Under the pieces are notes generated by a model. It was given only the letters and a program-made list of their open reading frames with translations, ran no database searches and was not told the origin of the DNA. This document shows, piece after piece, positions 40,108 to 56,586 of a DNA stretch of 64,000 bases (positions are counted from its first letter, which is position 1; the number at the start of each line of letters is the position of its first letter). The translations under genes were made by a program, and so were the position numbers. The stretch is from Eledone cirrhosa (taxonomy: Eukaryota): assembly GCA_964016885.1 (NCBI GenBank), contig OZ024747.1, positions 11,594,001 through 11,658,000 of the forward strand, written 5' to 3'.

Positions 40108-41715
40108 AATGCGTACATCACCCTTAAAGATCACAAACCCGACTTTATTAATCGTCCTAGTTGTAGATTAATCAACCCTGCTAAGACTGATATTGGTCTT
40201 GCCAGCAAAAAAATTTTAAATAATATAAATACACACATTAGAAGTAAGTCTAAATTACTCCAATGGATAAATAGCTCTTCCGTAGTACATTGGTTTAATA
40301 ATATTAAAAACAAAAATAGTTCTAGATTCACCCAATTTGACATTGTAGATTTCTACCCATCTATCACTCAGACCCTTTTAGCGAAAGCTTTAAATTTCGC
40401 TAGAGGGTTTACTAATATCTCCGATATTGAAGAGAATGTCATCTTGCACGCTAGAAACACTCTACTCTTTACTGATAATGACACTTGGGTAAAAATATCT
40501 AACCCAGAGAGCCCATTCGATGTCTCAATGGGCTCTTATGACAGTGCTGATGTTTGTGATTTGGTCGGCCTATTCCTCCTACATACACTTAAAGAAAAAT
40601 TTCCTAACCATATTTTTGGGCTTTATCGCGACGATGGTATAATACTTTCCCATACCACCATAGGCCATAACTTAGATAGATTAAGGACAGACTTAATAAA
40701 AACCTTCGCTAGTTTTAATCTTAAAATTACTATTGACACTAACCTTTCCAATGTAGATTTCCTAGATATAAACCTAGATTTGCCTACTGCTTCTTATAAA
40801 CCATACCACAAACCTAATGAAAACTTAAAATATATAAATAAAGGCCCTTGCCATCATCCTATAGTTTTTAAAAACCTTATCCCTAATATTAGCCGTAGGA
40901 TCTCCACCCTCTCTTGCTCAGAAGCTATTTTTAATAAGGCATCCCCCTACTATAATAAAGCCCTCCAAAATAGCAAAATAGCGGTTTTAGCGAACTATAC
41001 TAACTCTATTAAACATAAAAACAGGAAAAGAAAAATAATCTGGTTCACACCCCCCTACTCTCTAGCAGTTAAAACTAATGTACGCAAAAAATTCATAGAG
41101 CTCCTAGATAAACATTTCCCTAGAACACATAGATACTATAAGATCTTTAACAGAAACTGTGTCAAAATTAGCTATTCCTGCGGTCCCCCTATTAAGTCCT
41201 ATATCATCAACAAAAAATCACCTAGAGAAAATCAAAATTACTCCTGTAGAATCAAAAGTGAATGCTCTTTACAAGGTAAATGCAACACCAAAGCCATTGT
41301 ATCTGCGGCTAAAGTGACAACCATCAGCAACAACCATCCAGCCACCAGTGAACGATATGTGGGTATGACGCAAGACAAATTCAAAACGCGTTATTACTCA
41401 CCTGTCGCATCCTTTCGACATCCAGAAAAAAGATTTACAACAGCTCTGGCTAGCAGAATTTGGGATTTGAAAGACCAAGGCATCCAATATAAATTGGATT
41501 GGTCAATTTTGAACCAATCTAAAGAATATGCAAGAGGAACAAGAAAATGCACGCTTTGCATAAATGAAAAATATTGGATCTTGCAAAATCTTAAATCACC
41601 AAAGACCTGCCTGAACACAAAGACGGAAATTTTCACCAGTTGCCCCCACATGAAATCACACCTGCTTTCCAGCTCATATAAACTTAACACACTTTCAGAT
41701 ACTTATCCTCCATAA
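40108..41715 (+). CDS. Penelope-like RT plus GIY-YIG endonuclease, partial (no N-terminus)
   Basis: The frame is open upstream of the listed ORF: AYITLKDHK...CRLINPAK...FDIVDFYPSI. It continues MGSYDSAD, YRDDG, IIWFTPPYS, a Cys-rich linker, YVGMT...FKTRY, CTLC...EK...LN...CPH. Confidence 0.88.
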   Translation, partial: NAYITLKDHKPDFINRPSCRLINPAKTDIGLASKKILNNINTHIRSKSKLLQWINSSSVVHWFNNIKNKNSSRFTQFDIVDFYPSITQTLLAKALNFARGFTNISDIEENVILHARNTLLFTDNDTWVKISNPESPFDVSMGSYDSADVCDLVGLFLLHTLKEKFPNHIFGLYRDDGIILSHTTIGHNLDRLRTDLIKTFASFNLKITIDTNLSNVDFLDINLDLPTASYKPYHKPNENLKYINKGPCHHPIVFKNLIPNISRRISTLSCSEAIFNKASPYYNKALQNSKIAVLANYTNSIKHKNRKRKIIWFTPPYSLAVKTNVRKKFIELLDKHFPRTHRYYKIFNRNCVKISYSCGPPIKSYIINKKSPRENQNYSCRIKSECSLQGKCNTKAIVSAAKVTTISNNHPATSERYVGMTQDKFKTRYYSPVASFRHPEKRFTTALASRIWDLKDQGIQYKLDWSILNQSKEYARGTRKCTLCINEKYWILQNLKSPKTCLNTKTEIFTSCPHMKSHLLSSSYKLNTLSDTYPP

Positions 41716-42301
41716 ACTCTTATTATTCTCTTTATAATTACCCTTTCTGATTTACTTTCATTTTTATCCTTATTATTAATTTCATTTATTTTTATTTTTA
41801 TTTTTATTTTTATATATTTTTTATTTTTACTTCACATCCACCAATAACTCCCACCCCCCTTTATTCTCCGATTCACTTACCTAATATCTTCACTTTCCAT
41901 TTTTTACTTCCCTATTTTCTTCACTAACTGATTACACAAGTCACTTGCGTTTTCCACTCCAGATATTTTTTTATTTTTATTTTTATTTTTATTTTTATTT
42001 TTTATTTTTGCGCAGCCAATCTTATAATTTTATATTTGTAAATACTTACCCACAAGTTTTTTACACCCTGTATCTATGTGTCTGAACGCCTTAACGTGTG
42101 TATACTTTCTATATATGTACACGAGCGCCTACGTATGTGCGCGTGCGTGTATATATATATATGTATGTGTATGTGTATGTGTCTTTATATCCGTGTTTTT
42201 ACATCTAGGTTTTTTGTCTTGTTTCTTTTTTCTTCCTCCCCTTTTTTACATCCTCATTTTTATGCGTGTGCATGCAAACAGGTCAATATGCGTGAGTGTA
42301 A

Positions 42302-42342
<41 letters not shown>

Positions 42343-42860
42343 TATCGAATGTATGGATGTGTAAGTGTGCGTGTGTATATAAGCGTGTATATTTTTGTGT
42401 TTCTTTTGTGAGATATACGTGTGTGTGTATGCGTGTACCTTGTTTATCTTCTTTTCTTTAATTTTTTCTTTCTAAATTATTGTTCCATTTTTATAAATAT
42501 ATCGAGATTGATACTTTCCTTTAATTATTACCTCTTTTACTTCCGCATATAAGTGTACGTGTGTGTAGGTGTGTTTATGCGCGTGCCTTCATATTCTTAT
42601 GATGTATCTATTCTGTCTGTAGTTTACAGATACACAGATACATTTGCCCTAAAATATATATTTACGCACACTTTTTCACTATACGTATACATTTGTACAT
42701 ACACATATATGCACATCTGTGAGCGTATATACATACATATACACACACCTAACTATATTTCTTGAAAGATTTTTATATATTTCATATTGTAATTCATTTG
42801 TCTATATCTTTTTTTTGCTTTTCTTGATGAGACTTTCCAAGTATTTACCCATGTTTTATA

Positions 42861-42940
42861 TTGCCTCGTCTGACGAACGAATGCAGACGTTTCTTTCGTA
42901 TTCGCCTCATTCGGGAAACCTCTGGTAATCAGGTAATTAT
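42861..42940 (+). ncRNA. Hammerhead ribozyme motif in the Penelope-like terminal repeat
   Basis: CTGACGA at 42870-42876, stem II cgaatg/cattcg, GAAA at 42915-42918, stem III CCT/AGG, GUA^ after 42935. Stem I is weak. Confidence 0.65.
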
Positions 42941-43039
42941 ATTGTATTGATTTTTATACATTAAATTTTGCTCTGGTACTTACATAGAGCACTCTTCACT
43001 TCTATGACCTTTTCTGTTTTCAACGGAAATTTCAATACT

Positions 43040-43077
<38 letters not shown>

Positions 43078-43387
43078 GTTCAAGAGTAAACCAATCTTAA
43101 AGGGAGAGATGGATATAGGCGAGCAGAAGAGAGATTGGTGAATTTGTTAGAAGCCAAAAGCGTAAAGGCATGTACTCAATGTGCAACATGCAGTGGAAGG
43201 AAGCTAGATGGCTGGGTTCATGCAGAGAATTAGATGCACAGAGCTGGAAATATTCATTAGTTAAGCAAAGACAAGACCACAAATTTCACAAGGAAGACGT
43301 TATTTAATGAAAGTCAACATAGTTTCAATATATGTGAGGATTAAGGAGTGTAATTATAGTTTAATGTAAGGAATAATAATAATGATA

Positions 43388-43580
43388 ATAATTGTTTCTA
43401 CTTTTGGCACAAGGCCAGCAATTACCAAGTCTATTACTGGTACTTTATTTTATCGACCCCGTAAGGATGAAAGGCAAAGTTAACCTCGGCGGGATTTGAA
43501 CTCAGAATGGCAAGGGCCGTAACTCTATACGTCAAAGCATGGCGTCCAACCCTCTACCGATACTGCCAATCCATCGCCCT
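43388..43580 (-). mobile_element. SINE family 2 inside a carrier repeat
   Basis: Homologous to 31657-31830. Its tail is repeated at 43582-43624. Confidence 0.85.
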
Positions 43581-43725
43581 TAATAATGATAATAATAATT
43601 GTTTCTACTTTTGGCACAAGGCCGTTTACAATTGTAAACGGAGATTATTATCATTATTAACATTCCTTACATTAAACTATAATCACACTCCTTATTATTA
43701 TTAATATTATTATTATTATTCCTTA

Positions 43726-44260
43726 TAGACGAGGACCCGGCTACTGGAAGCTAAACGCGTCCTTACCAGCGCGCAAGGCCTACAGAGACCCGATTAGCGA
43801 ACTACTTAAGCGGGCGTTGACGGGGGCCATCGTCAACAACAAGTGGTGGTTTGCTCTGAAAAGAGCAATTAGAATAGAGTCCATTAGGTTTAGTAAGACT
43901 TTAGCAATAGAGAAAAATAGAGCAGAGGGAGAATTAGTTAGAAAATTAGACGAGGCGCTTAGCAAAGGCATCGCGACCGACGTACTTGCGGCGAAATTGG
44001 CCCTTGACCAATTCTTCAATGCAAAGCACGAAGGCTGCGTTGTCAGAGCTAGGGTGTGTGCTCTCAGACACGAGGGGACGAAAGCCGTTCAATGGGCCCG
44101 AGTGGCGGAGGCGCGTCGTGGCAACAAAGCCACGATACGGTCTTTGGTGGACCACGACGGGCGCATGCTACTCGATCCCGGGCAAATGTGTGAAGCTTTT
44201 CAGCGACACTTCGCACAGCTGTTCGGGGGGCAGCGGCGGGCTGGATCGAGGGATGGACTT
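43726..44260 (+). mobile_element. L1/Tx1-clade ORF2 fragment (EN-RT linker)
   Basis: RPGYWKLNASL...WWFALK...EGCVVRAR...FQRHFAQLF. Homologous to 52130-52560 on the minus strand. Confidence 0.8.
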
Positions 44261-44580
<320 letters not shown>

Positions 44581-44663
44581 CATATATATATACATATACA
44601 TATATATATATATACATACATATATATATACATATATATATATATACATACATATATATATAC

Positions 44664-44696
<33 letters not shown>

Positions 44697-44725
44697 CATA
44701 CATATATATATATATATATACATAC

Positions 44726-44762
<37 letters not shown>

Positions 44763-44811
44763 CATACATATATATATATATATACATACATATATATATA
44801 TATATACATAC

Positions 44812-44868
<57 letters not shown>

Positions 44869-44873
44869 CATAC

Positions 44874-44976
<103 letters not shown>

Positions 44977-45289
44977 TACGCGCGCACTCACACACAAACA
45001 CCGAATATTCTGCAAAATGAATCTTAGTGTAGCTATTATATTACATTGTAGAAATTTAGAAATTTAGAGATGGAACCGCCGCCATACTGCATGCAACGGA
45101 AATCATGTGTGTGTGTGTATGTGTGTGTAAGAACTGCATTAGGTGTCATATTGTGTCAGGTGGAAATGATTGCATTTTAGTATGGTTACACCTGCTACTA
45201 TCAAATGAACCAGCACGTGTGTAATGCACACAGCACGACTGTGTTCTGTGGCATTTTCAGTGGAGTATGTATATATATATATATGTATG

Positions 45290-45331
<42 letters not shown>

Positions 45332-45468
45332 GCAGAAGACAATGGATCTCTCAGATTTGCATTTATTCAACTATCTATTTGTATTTAACACACACATCCA
45401 TATATATACACACACACACAGACAAACATATGTATAAATACACACACATCTACAGAAATACGCATATG

Positions 45469-45530
<62 letters not shown>

Positions 45531-45537
<7 letters not shown>

Positions 45538-45883
45538 AAAAAAAGATGAAATCGAAAATGCAACTGGAGTTTTATTTTAAAAAAAAATATATATTTATTT
45601 GGTTCCTTTACCGGTTTCGCAGTTCTTCTGCTTTTCAAAAGTAATATTGAGATGGAGGGTCTGTGGTTTTTCAGATGTGAGAAAAACCACAGACCCTTCA
45701 TCTCAACTCTACTTTTGAAAAGCAGAAGAACTGCGAAACCGGTAAAGGAACCAAATAAATATATATATTTAAAAAAAAATAAAACTCCAATTGCATTTTC
45801 GATTTCATCTTTTTTCTTTATACTTTCACTCGTGTAGGACACCTCGGTTATTTTTCATTTTGTAAAAAAAACCTCACTTTCTA

Positions 45884-45885
<2 letters not shown>
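45531..45885 (+). mobile_element. Family C fold-back element with the 3' half of an HHR
   Basis: Inverted arms 45531-45672 and 45681-45822. GAAACCGGTA at 45735-45744. (TA)n flanks. Confidence 0.85.
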
Positions 45886-45959
<74 letters not shown>

Positions 45960-45961
<2 letters not shown>

Positions 45962-46149
45962 CGAAGGAAATGTGGTAAGGAACCAGGTGGACCATAACGC
46001 ACCAAAGTACTCAATACTTAGGGTAGTAGAGTGGGTAATAGGAACAAGTAAGACCGCGACGGCTGAGCTGAAGCCGTTTCGACGGCTAATTCTGGACTAG
46101 AATTAGCCGTCGAAACGGCTTGAGCTCAGCCGTCGGGGTCTTACTTGTT

Positions 46150-46153
<4 letters not shown>
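45960..46153. mobile_element. Family B fold-back element
   Basis: Axis at about 46096. GAAACGGCT-tgagctc-AGCCGTC^GGGG at 46112-46138. Confidence 0.9.
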
Positions 46154-46203
<50 letters not shown>

Positions 46204-46489
46204 AGTTTTCGTGAAATAGTCTTTTCAAGACTATACAGAGCATTTGAAGTTGTCCCAAATTGAAGGTTGAGTACTTTAGACTTTGTTTTATCATGAGTTA
46301 AGGCTCTATTGATTTTTCCCTGGATTTCTCTAAATTCTGTTGGATAAATCTATATCCTGATTCCTTTTGTATTGAGTCTGAATTATTTTTCCCATATCTT
46401 ATGTTAACTATTTTCCCATTTTGACGCTATAGTCACATATATGTTATAGAATACTGTTAGCTTCTCGCTACAACAATTTCTATACTTTT

Positions 46490-49319
<2,830 letters not shown>

Positions 49320-49328
49320 AGTATGTAT

Positions 49329-49530
49329 ACACGAGAGGGGCTGAAAGGTTCGTAGGCTGACTATAAAGGAGTGATGCTAGAGCTGTGAAATCTTTCATGC
49401 ATTAATTTCAACTCTTCTTCTTGATATCGACATCATTTCTTTACAGCGACTATGTTGAAAAATGTATGTCATTTGGTCATTCCATGAGAGTATCTTGGTC
49501 AGACTATGAACCTTTCAGTCGATCCTTATA
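49329..49530. mobile_element. Mariner-derived MITE
   Basis: TIRs ggctgaaaggttcgtaggctgac / gtcagactatgaacctttcagtc. An internal remnant encodes DYVEK, typical of a mariner C-terminus. TA flanks. Confidence 0.7.
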
Positions 49531-49744
49531 CACACACACACACGCATATATATATACATACATACAATACATACACACACACATACCTACACACATATAT
49601 CCATATATACATACGCACACATATATATATACACATATACAGACACATACATACACACACACATATATATATATATGAATGTATGCATACATAAAGACAG
49701 ACATGCATACACACATGCGCACACACATGCATACACACAGATAT

Positions 49745-50100
49745 ACATACATACACGTACACACATACACATACATACATGTATACACACAAACATACAT
49801 ATAACACATACATACATGCATATACATACATGCGTATACATACACACATGCATACACACACATATACATACATACATACATGCACACACAAACATACATA
49901 TATACACACAAACATACATATAACACATACATACATGCATATACATACATGCGTATACATACACACATGCATACACACACATATACATACATACATACAT
50001 GCACACACAAACATACATATATACACACAAACATACATATAACACATACATACATGCATATACATACATGCGTATACATACACACATGCATACACACATA
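49745..50100. repeat. 119-bp tandem repeat (about 3 copies) of CA/TA-rich sequence
   Basis: ataacacatacatacatgcatatacatacatgcgtatac at 49801, 49920 and 50039. Confidence 0.85.
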
Positions 50101-50123
50101 TGCATACACACACATATACATAG

Positions 50124-50164
<41 letters not shown>

Positions 50165-50486
50165 CTTACATTATCGTATTTGAGTAAAACACATAAAAGA
50201 TTAATTGTCGGAATTGAAGCAGAATATTATTCTACACACTATTACCATAGGATCCATTATATATACACCTTATACACACTCTAAACGTTCTATATATTGT
50301 CTAAAAATATGGACATTGTTGAGAAGTTCCACCATTATTGAAATATGTCACGTATTACAAGAGTTTATTGTTTAGTGGAGATTCACGTCTGTTTCAATGA
50401 ACTGTGTACATTTCACAGATAGAAATATGTAAATATTGTAATGGACGGATGGTGAGACAGACGGAGAGATAGGTAGACAGATAGAT

Positions 50487-52585
50487 AGATATGTTTCTTT
50501 ATTAGCCACAAGGGCGCACAAGAAAAGGGGACAATACAAAGACAGATAGATATGTTTCTTTATTAGCCACAGGGGTACAAAAGAAGGGGACAAATACAAA
50601 GGGGGAAGTTTACATACAATAAAAACGTAAAATATTATCACAAATGCAATTTAAAAATTAGTCGATTTTCCCCAATAGGGGGAGACAGTTCATATGGGTA
50701 ACACATACCCCCGAAAAAAATGTGCAACCCTCATCTCCAAGAGTACGAAGAGTTTGTACTCCTTTCCTCTCCTCCTCCTTTTCCTCAACCTACAGGCTGA
50801 TATAGAGAGAAAGCCCATTCACTCGGGCCATTCTCGCCACTTTCACCCACCTTTCATAAAACTTGCTGGGGTACAGCACCTCTCTTTCCATCCCGATTCT
50901 TCTTCCAAAGTGGTATTTGAAAAAATATGGCCGGAGAGAAAGGTGTCTGACCTCAGCCCTTTCAACCTTGTCCACCATACAACCTCTTTCGCCATAGCTA
51001 TCACACAAAGGAAAACCGCCTCTCCTTCGTTTTTGAAGGAGGGTGGCGGTTTGATCATGACAATGGACTCGGTGGTCAACCGGATTGGTCCCACCCGCGA
51101 CAATAGTCGTTCTACATAGCCCCACAGGTCGGTGACGCCCGGGCAGTGTATGAATGCGTCCGCGACGGTTTCTTCGTCTCGCACGCCCCTCGGACAGATC
51201 TTTTTTGCAGGGTCCCTGCCCGGGCGCCCATGTCTGTAGAGCTTGTCTCGAACTGGTAGAGCTCCTCGGTAGCACTGCCAGGCCAGGGACTTTTGGAAGT
51301 TGTCCATCGGTCCCGGGCGGAAGGTCCTACCGAACAGACTGGCCAGTTCATCTTCCTCTACGCCTAGAGTTTCACCGAGCGCGTCGTCGCACTTGCTGCG
51401 GATCAACCCTCTATAGAATGACGAAGTGGAGTCTCCACTGATCGCCGGGTCCGCCTGCCAGAGGGCTGTGAGCGCCTGAGCACATTCGATGTGCCAGTCG
51501 CCCATTTTCCTCGGTCTTTGCTTGACCCAGGACTGCAGCTCGGTCAGAGAGACGACTCGTGGGAAGGCTCGCCTCACGAACGGAGCCCACACCGGTTGTC
51601 CGGTGAGGAATACGTAGAGATGCCGGGTTGATCCTCACGATGGACTCGGCTGACAACTGGATGCGTCCCACACGTGACAGTAGATGTTCGACATAATTTC
51701 ACAGGTCGGTCACCTCTGGGCATTGTACAATTGCGTGCAGAACGGTTTAGATGTCCTGCTCGCATCTTGGATAGGTCCTTTTGGCAGGATCCCTGCCAGG
51801 GCGACCCTGCCTGTAGATTTTGTCTGAAATTGCTTATGTTATCCTCTTTGTTTTCATCTTTCCTGATCAGCGTTACTACGCCTCTGCTTACAGAACTGGG
51901 AATTCTCCTGTTCTGCTGCCAGTTGCAGTAGACCGCGACGATGATGTCAGAGAACAAGTCTGGCATGCCAATGTAAAACTCATGGGTTAGACCATTTAAA
52001 CCGGGTGATTTGCGTTTTCCACAGTGGCCTAGAGAGTCTTCTATTTCGCCCGCTGTGATCGGCCTTTCGCACCTCTCTGCATCCGTGTTCGGAGTCGTGG
52101 TAGGAACTGACGTCCATCACACCGCTCTGCCCGAACAGTTGTGCAAAGGGTTGCTGGAAGGCCGTGCACATCTGCTTGAATTCAAGTAATACGCGTCCGT
52201 CTTGGTTTTCCAAAGACCGAATTGTCGATTTGTTGCCACTTTTCGCCTCTGCCACTCGGGCCCAGCTAACAGCTTTCGCTCCTTCGTTTCTCAGAGCACG
52301 TGTTCTACTTCTGACAATACAACCTTCGTGTTTCACGTTGACGAACTGGTCTAGTGCCGTTCTCGCCGCTAGCACGTCAGCTGTACTGCCATTCCTAAGT
52401 GCCTCTTCTACTTTGGCTACCAATTCCTTTCCTGTTTTGTCTTTTCTAAAGCTACTTCCTTGCCAAAGGCTATTGATTCTACTCCAATTGCTGTCTTGAG
52501 AGAGCACCCCTACCTGTTGTTGACGATGACCCTCGGCAACTGGCCTATAAGTTCTAATCTGTTTACTGTAGGCTTTACGTGTCAG
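50487..52585 (-). mobile_element. Tandem, deleted L1/Tx1-clade LINE copies
   Basis: Minus strand carries the EN-RT linker (EGCIVRSR), the RT start (SRGVVTLIRKD...NFR) and two C-terminal Cys/His regions (CPR...ETV...FIHC). The 3' end gtggctaataaagaaacata occurs twice. Confidence 0.85.
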
Positions 52586-52844
52586 CTAGATGGATGGATG
52601 GAGTACATGAATAGTAAGATATATACGCATCTACAGGTATACACAATATATTGGATGTGTATATATAGGATATGCATGAGCATGTTTTTATACTATGTCT
52701 ATTAGATCGTGTATAATATATTCTCATTAAAAGACTTCAGGGCATAATATATCCGGTGTGTATAAAGATAACAGTCATCATTAATCCTAAACAACTACAT
52801 GTAACTGCATCTTTCTATATACATACACCGGCATATATGTATTG

Positions 52845-52903
<59 letters not shown>

Positions 52904-53170
52904 TATATACATAATTACGTGTATATTCATATACATACACACACACACATATATATATATAAATACACACACACACACATATACACACATACATATATAT
53001 GTACTTGTGTGAGTGTGTGTGTGCAATATTTGATGACAATCACCAATTTCAAAGCCATCAAACAGTAACGTAGATGTAAGTATTAAACAATTGTTTCATG
53101 TATAAAAATGAAGTTAATAGTGTGAAAAATTATAATCTTAACGATAGCCCCCCCCTCCCCAGTATGTCTG

Positions 53171-53224
<54 letters not shown>

Positions 53225-53275
53225 TATATGCATATATATGTACATATACATATATATATATGCATATATATGTAC

Positions 53276-53356
<81 letters not shown>

Positions 53357-53485
53357 TATATATGTATATATATATATGTGTGTGTGCGTATATATATATA
53401 TATATGCATATATATATATGTACATATGTACGTATACATACATATATCTATATCTATATACATGCATATATATATGTACATATAC

Positions 53486-53530
<45 letters not shown>

Positions 53531-54076
53531 TATATATGTATGTACATATACATATATATGCATATATATGCATATATACGTACATATACATATATATATA
53601 TATATGAATATATATATATATGTACATATACATATATATATGCATATATATGCACATATATATATATATGCACATATATATATATATATATATGCATATA
53701 TATATGTACATATACATATATATATGCATATATATGTACACATATATATGCATATATATATATATATATACGTATATCCATATATATATATATGTACTTA
53801 TACATATATATATATGCATATATATGTACATATACATATATATATATATAGATATATATATACATATATATGTACATATACATACATATATATGTACATA
53901 TACATACATATATAGATATATATACATATATATGTACATATACATATATATATATACATATACATACATATATATATGTATATATACATATATGCAAGTA
54001 TACATATATATCCATATATATGTACATGTACATATATATATATATATAGATATATAGATATATTTAGATATATATG

Positions 54077-54160
<84 letters not shown>

Positions 54161-54324
54161 CATATACATACATATATATATATATACATATACATGCATA
54201 TATATGATATATACATATATGCAAATATACCTATATATGCATATATATGTACATGTACATATATAGATATATATATATACATACTTATATTTGTACATAT
54301 ACATATACACACACACACACACAT

Positions 54325-54390
<66 letters not shown>

Positions 54391-54440
54391 AAATACATAC
54401 ATATATATGTACATACATATATATATATATGTACATATAC

Positions 54441-54482
<42 letters not shown>

Positions 54483-54576
54483 CATACATGGCAACATGAC
54501 CCTCCCAAAGTATAACAATATATATATATATATGTACATGTATATATATATATATATATATACATATATATGTACA

Positions 54577-54660
<84 letters not shown>

Positions 54661-55074
54661 TATATACATACATATATATGTATATATATACATATATATA
54701 TATATACATACATATATATGTATATAGACACATATTTACATATATATATATATATACATACATATATATGTATATATACATACATATATATGTATATATA
54801 CATATATATACATATAACATATATACATATATACATACATATATGCATACATATATACATACATATATGTAGATACGTATGTACATATATATGTACATAT
54901 ATATATGTACATACATACATATGTACATATATACATACATATATACATACATATATACATACATATATGTACCTACGTATATACATATATATGTACATAT
55001 ATATATATGTACATACATATATATGTATATATATACATACATATATGTACATATATACATATATATATATATAT

Positions 55075-55218
55075 AAGGTGTGTGTGTGTATGCAAAGTTG
55101 TAAGGTGTGTGTGTGTGTGTGTATGCAAAGTTGTAAGGTGTGTGTGTGTATGCAAAGTTGTAAGGTGTATGTGTGTGTGTATGCAAAGTTGTAAGGTGTG
55201 TGTGTGTGCAAAGTTGTA

Positions 55219-55254
<36 letters not shown>

Positions 55255-55267
55255 ATGCAAAGTTGTA

Positions 55268-55304
<37 letters not shown>

Positions 55305-55308
55305 TGTA

Positions 55309-55345
<37 letters not shown>

Positions 55346-55351
55346 TGTAAG

Positions 55352-55382
<31 letters not shown>

Positions 55383-55397
55383 TGTAAGGTGTGTGTG
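55075..55397. repeat. Compound repeat tgcaaagttgtaagg(tg)n
   Basis: 8 constant units separated by variable (TG)n. Confidence 0.9.
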
Positions 55398-56332
55398 CAT
55401 CAGACTTCGCCGTTGTGATAGTAGATGTGTGAGTGTCCGCCTGCGTATTAACTGACCAACCGAGGGAGTGTCAGTGTGTCAGTGTGTCAGTGTGTCAGTG
55501 TGTCTGTGTGTCTGTGTGTATTCATACGCACACATGTGAGCATAGGTTTGCCTACACAGACAGACGGCCAGGCGGACGGACGGAGGCAAGGTTTTGTAGA
55601 GAAAGGGAAATGGTGGCGAGCATGATGACCGTCTTGACTCAATTCGTGGAAGTGGTCGTAAGAGAAACTCGGGACTTTCGGGTATCATATGGCGGTGAAA
55701 CTGTAAACGGCTGAACTACGAAGTGTGGAGTGGGGTAGGGCCGGAAAGTGGTGGCGGTGAACGGGTGGGGTAAATGTTGATAACAATCTAAGACCGGAGT
55801 CACCTTGCTCCGACGGGTGCCACGGGAACACATCCACATGTGCAGCAGACACAAGCACTCAAGCATCCTTAAGCGAGAGCCATGCGTGATTTAATCCAAC
55901 TCATTCTGACTCCTACCTGATGAAGGAACAACGTAAGGGGTGGTATGGTTGATGAAGCGAGTGTTCCTGGCTTCTTTCTGCGGCAATGCTTTCGCCATCT
56001 CGTCTGCGGGGTGCAACTGAGTCAAACCACCCAGTCAAAGGTGTAGAGGTTTTCCCTTCCCACCTTTTCCCCTTTTTTATTATTCAATTTTTCATCCATC
56101 CTTTCCCCGTGTTTTCTATGATCAATATTTCCATTCTGTCTTCTTGTAAACACTTTCATAATTCTGTCTGTTAAGAAATTGTCTTCAGAGTAAGCAGATG
56201 GTAGGACAACATGTGGTGTTTAAAGGGACGGCTGAATACAAAAGTGAAACCGAACTAGCACGATAATGGCTTTGTCTTTACAGATATAAACACATGGTGA
56301 CAAACTTAAGAGTACATACGATTGTCACTCAT

Positions 56333-56394
<62 letters not shown>

Positions 56395-56412
56395 CTATGA
56401 GTGACATCATCG

Positions 56413-56476
56413 ATTACTGATGATAGCGGTTTCAAGACAAGAATCAATTGTTAATCCGGTGATGAAACATGTTAAT
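56413..56476 (+). ncRNA. Degenerate hammerhead motif
   Basis: attaCTGATGA...GAAACATGT-taat. The cleavage-site nucleotide appears to be missing. Confidence 0.5.
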
Positions 56477-56530
56477 GCTGGAAATAAACCTTATTATATC
56501 GCTTACCTGTATTAATCCTCTTTTTATCTA

Positions 56531-56586
<56 letters not shown>

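Larger units (their letters stand above)
40102..43040 (+). mobile_element. 5'-truncated Penelope-like retroelement (Naiad-type)
   Basis: RT plus GIY-YIG frame, long T-rich 3' region, terminal repeat containing an HHR motif, ending in (TA)n. Confidence 0.9.

Noticed and set aside
40108-43040. Selenoprotein recoding or SECIS in the Naiad-type element
   Set aside because: The retained ORF has no in-frame TGA and I could not identify a convincing SECIS by eye.
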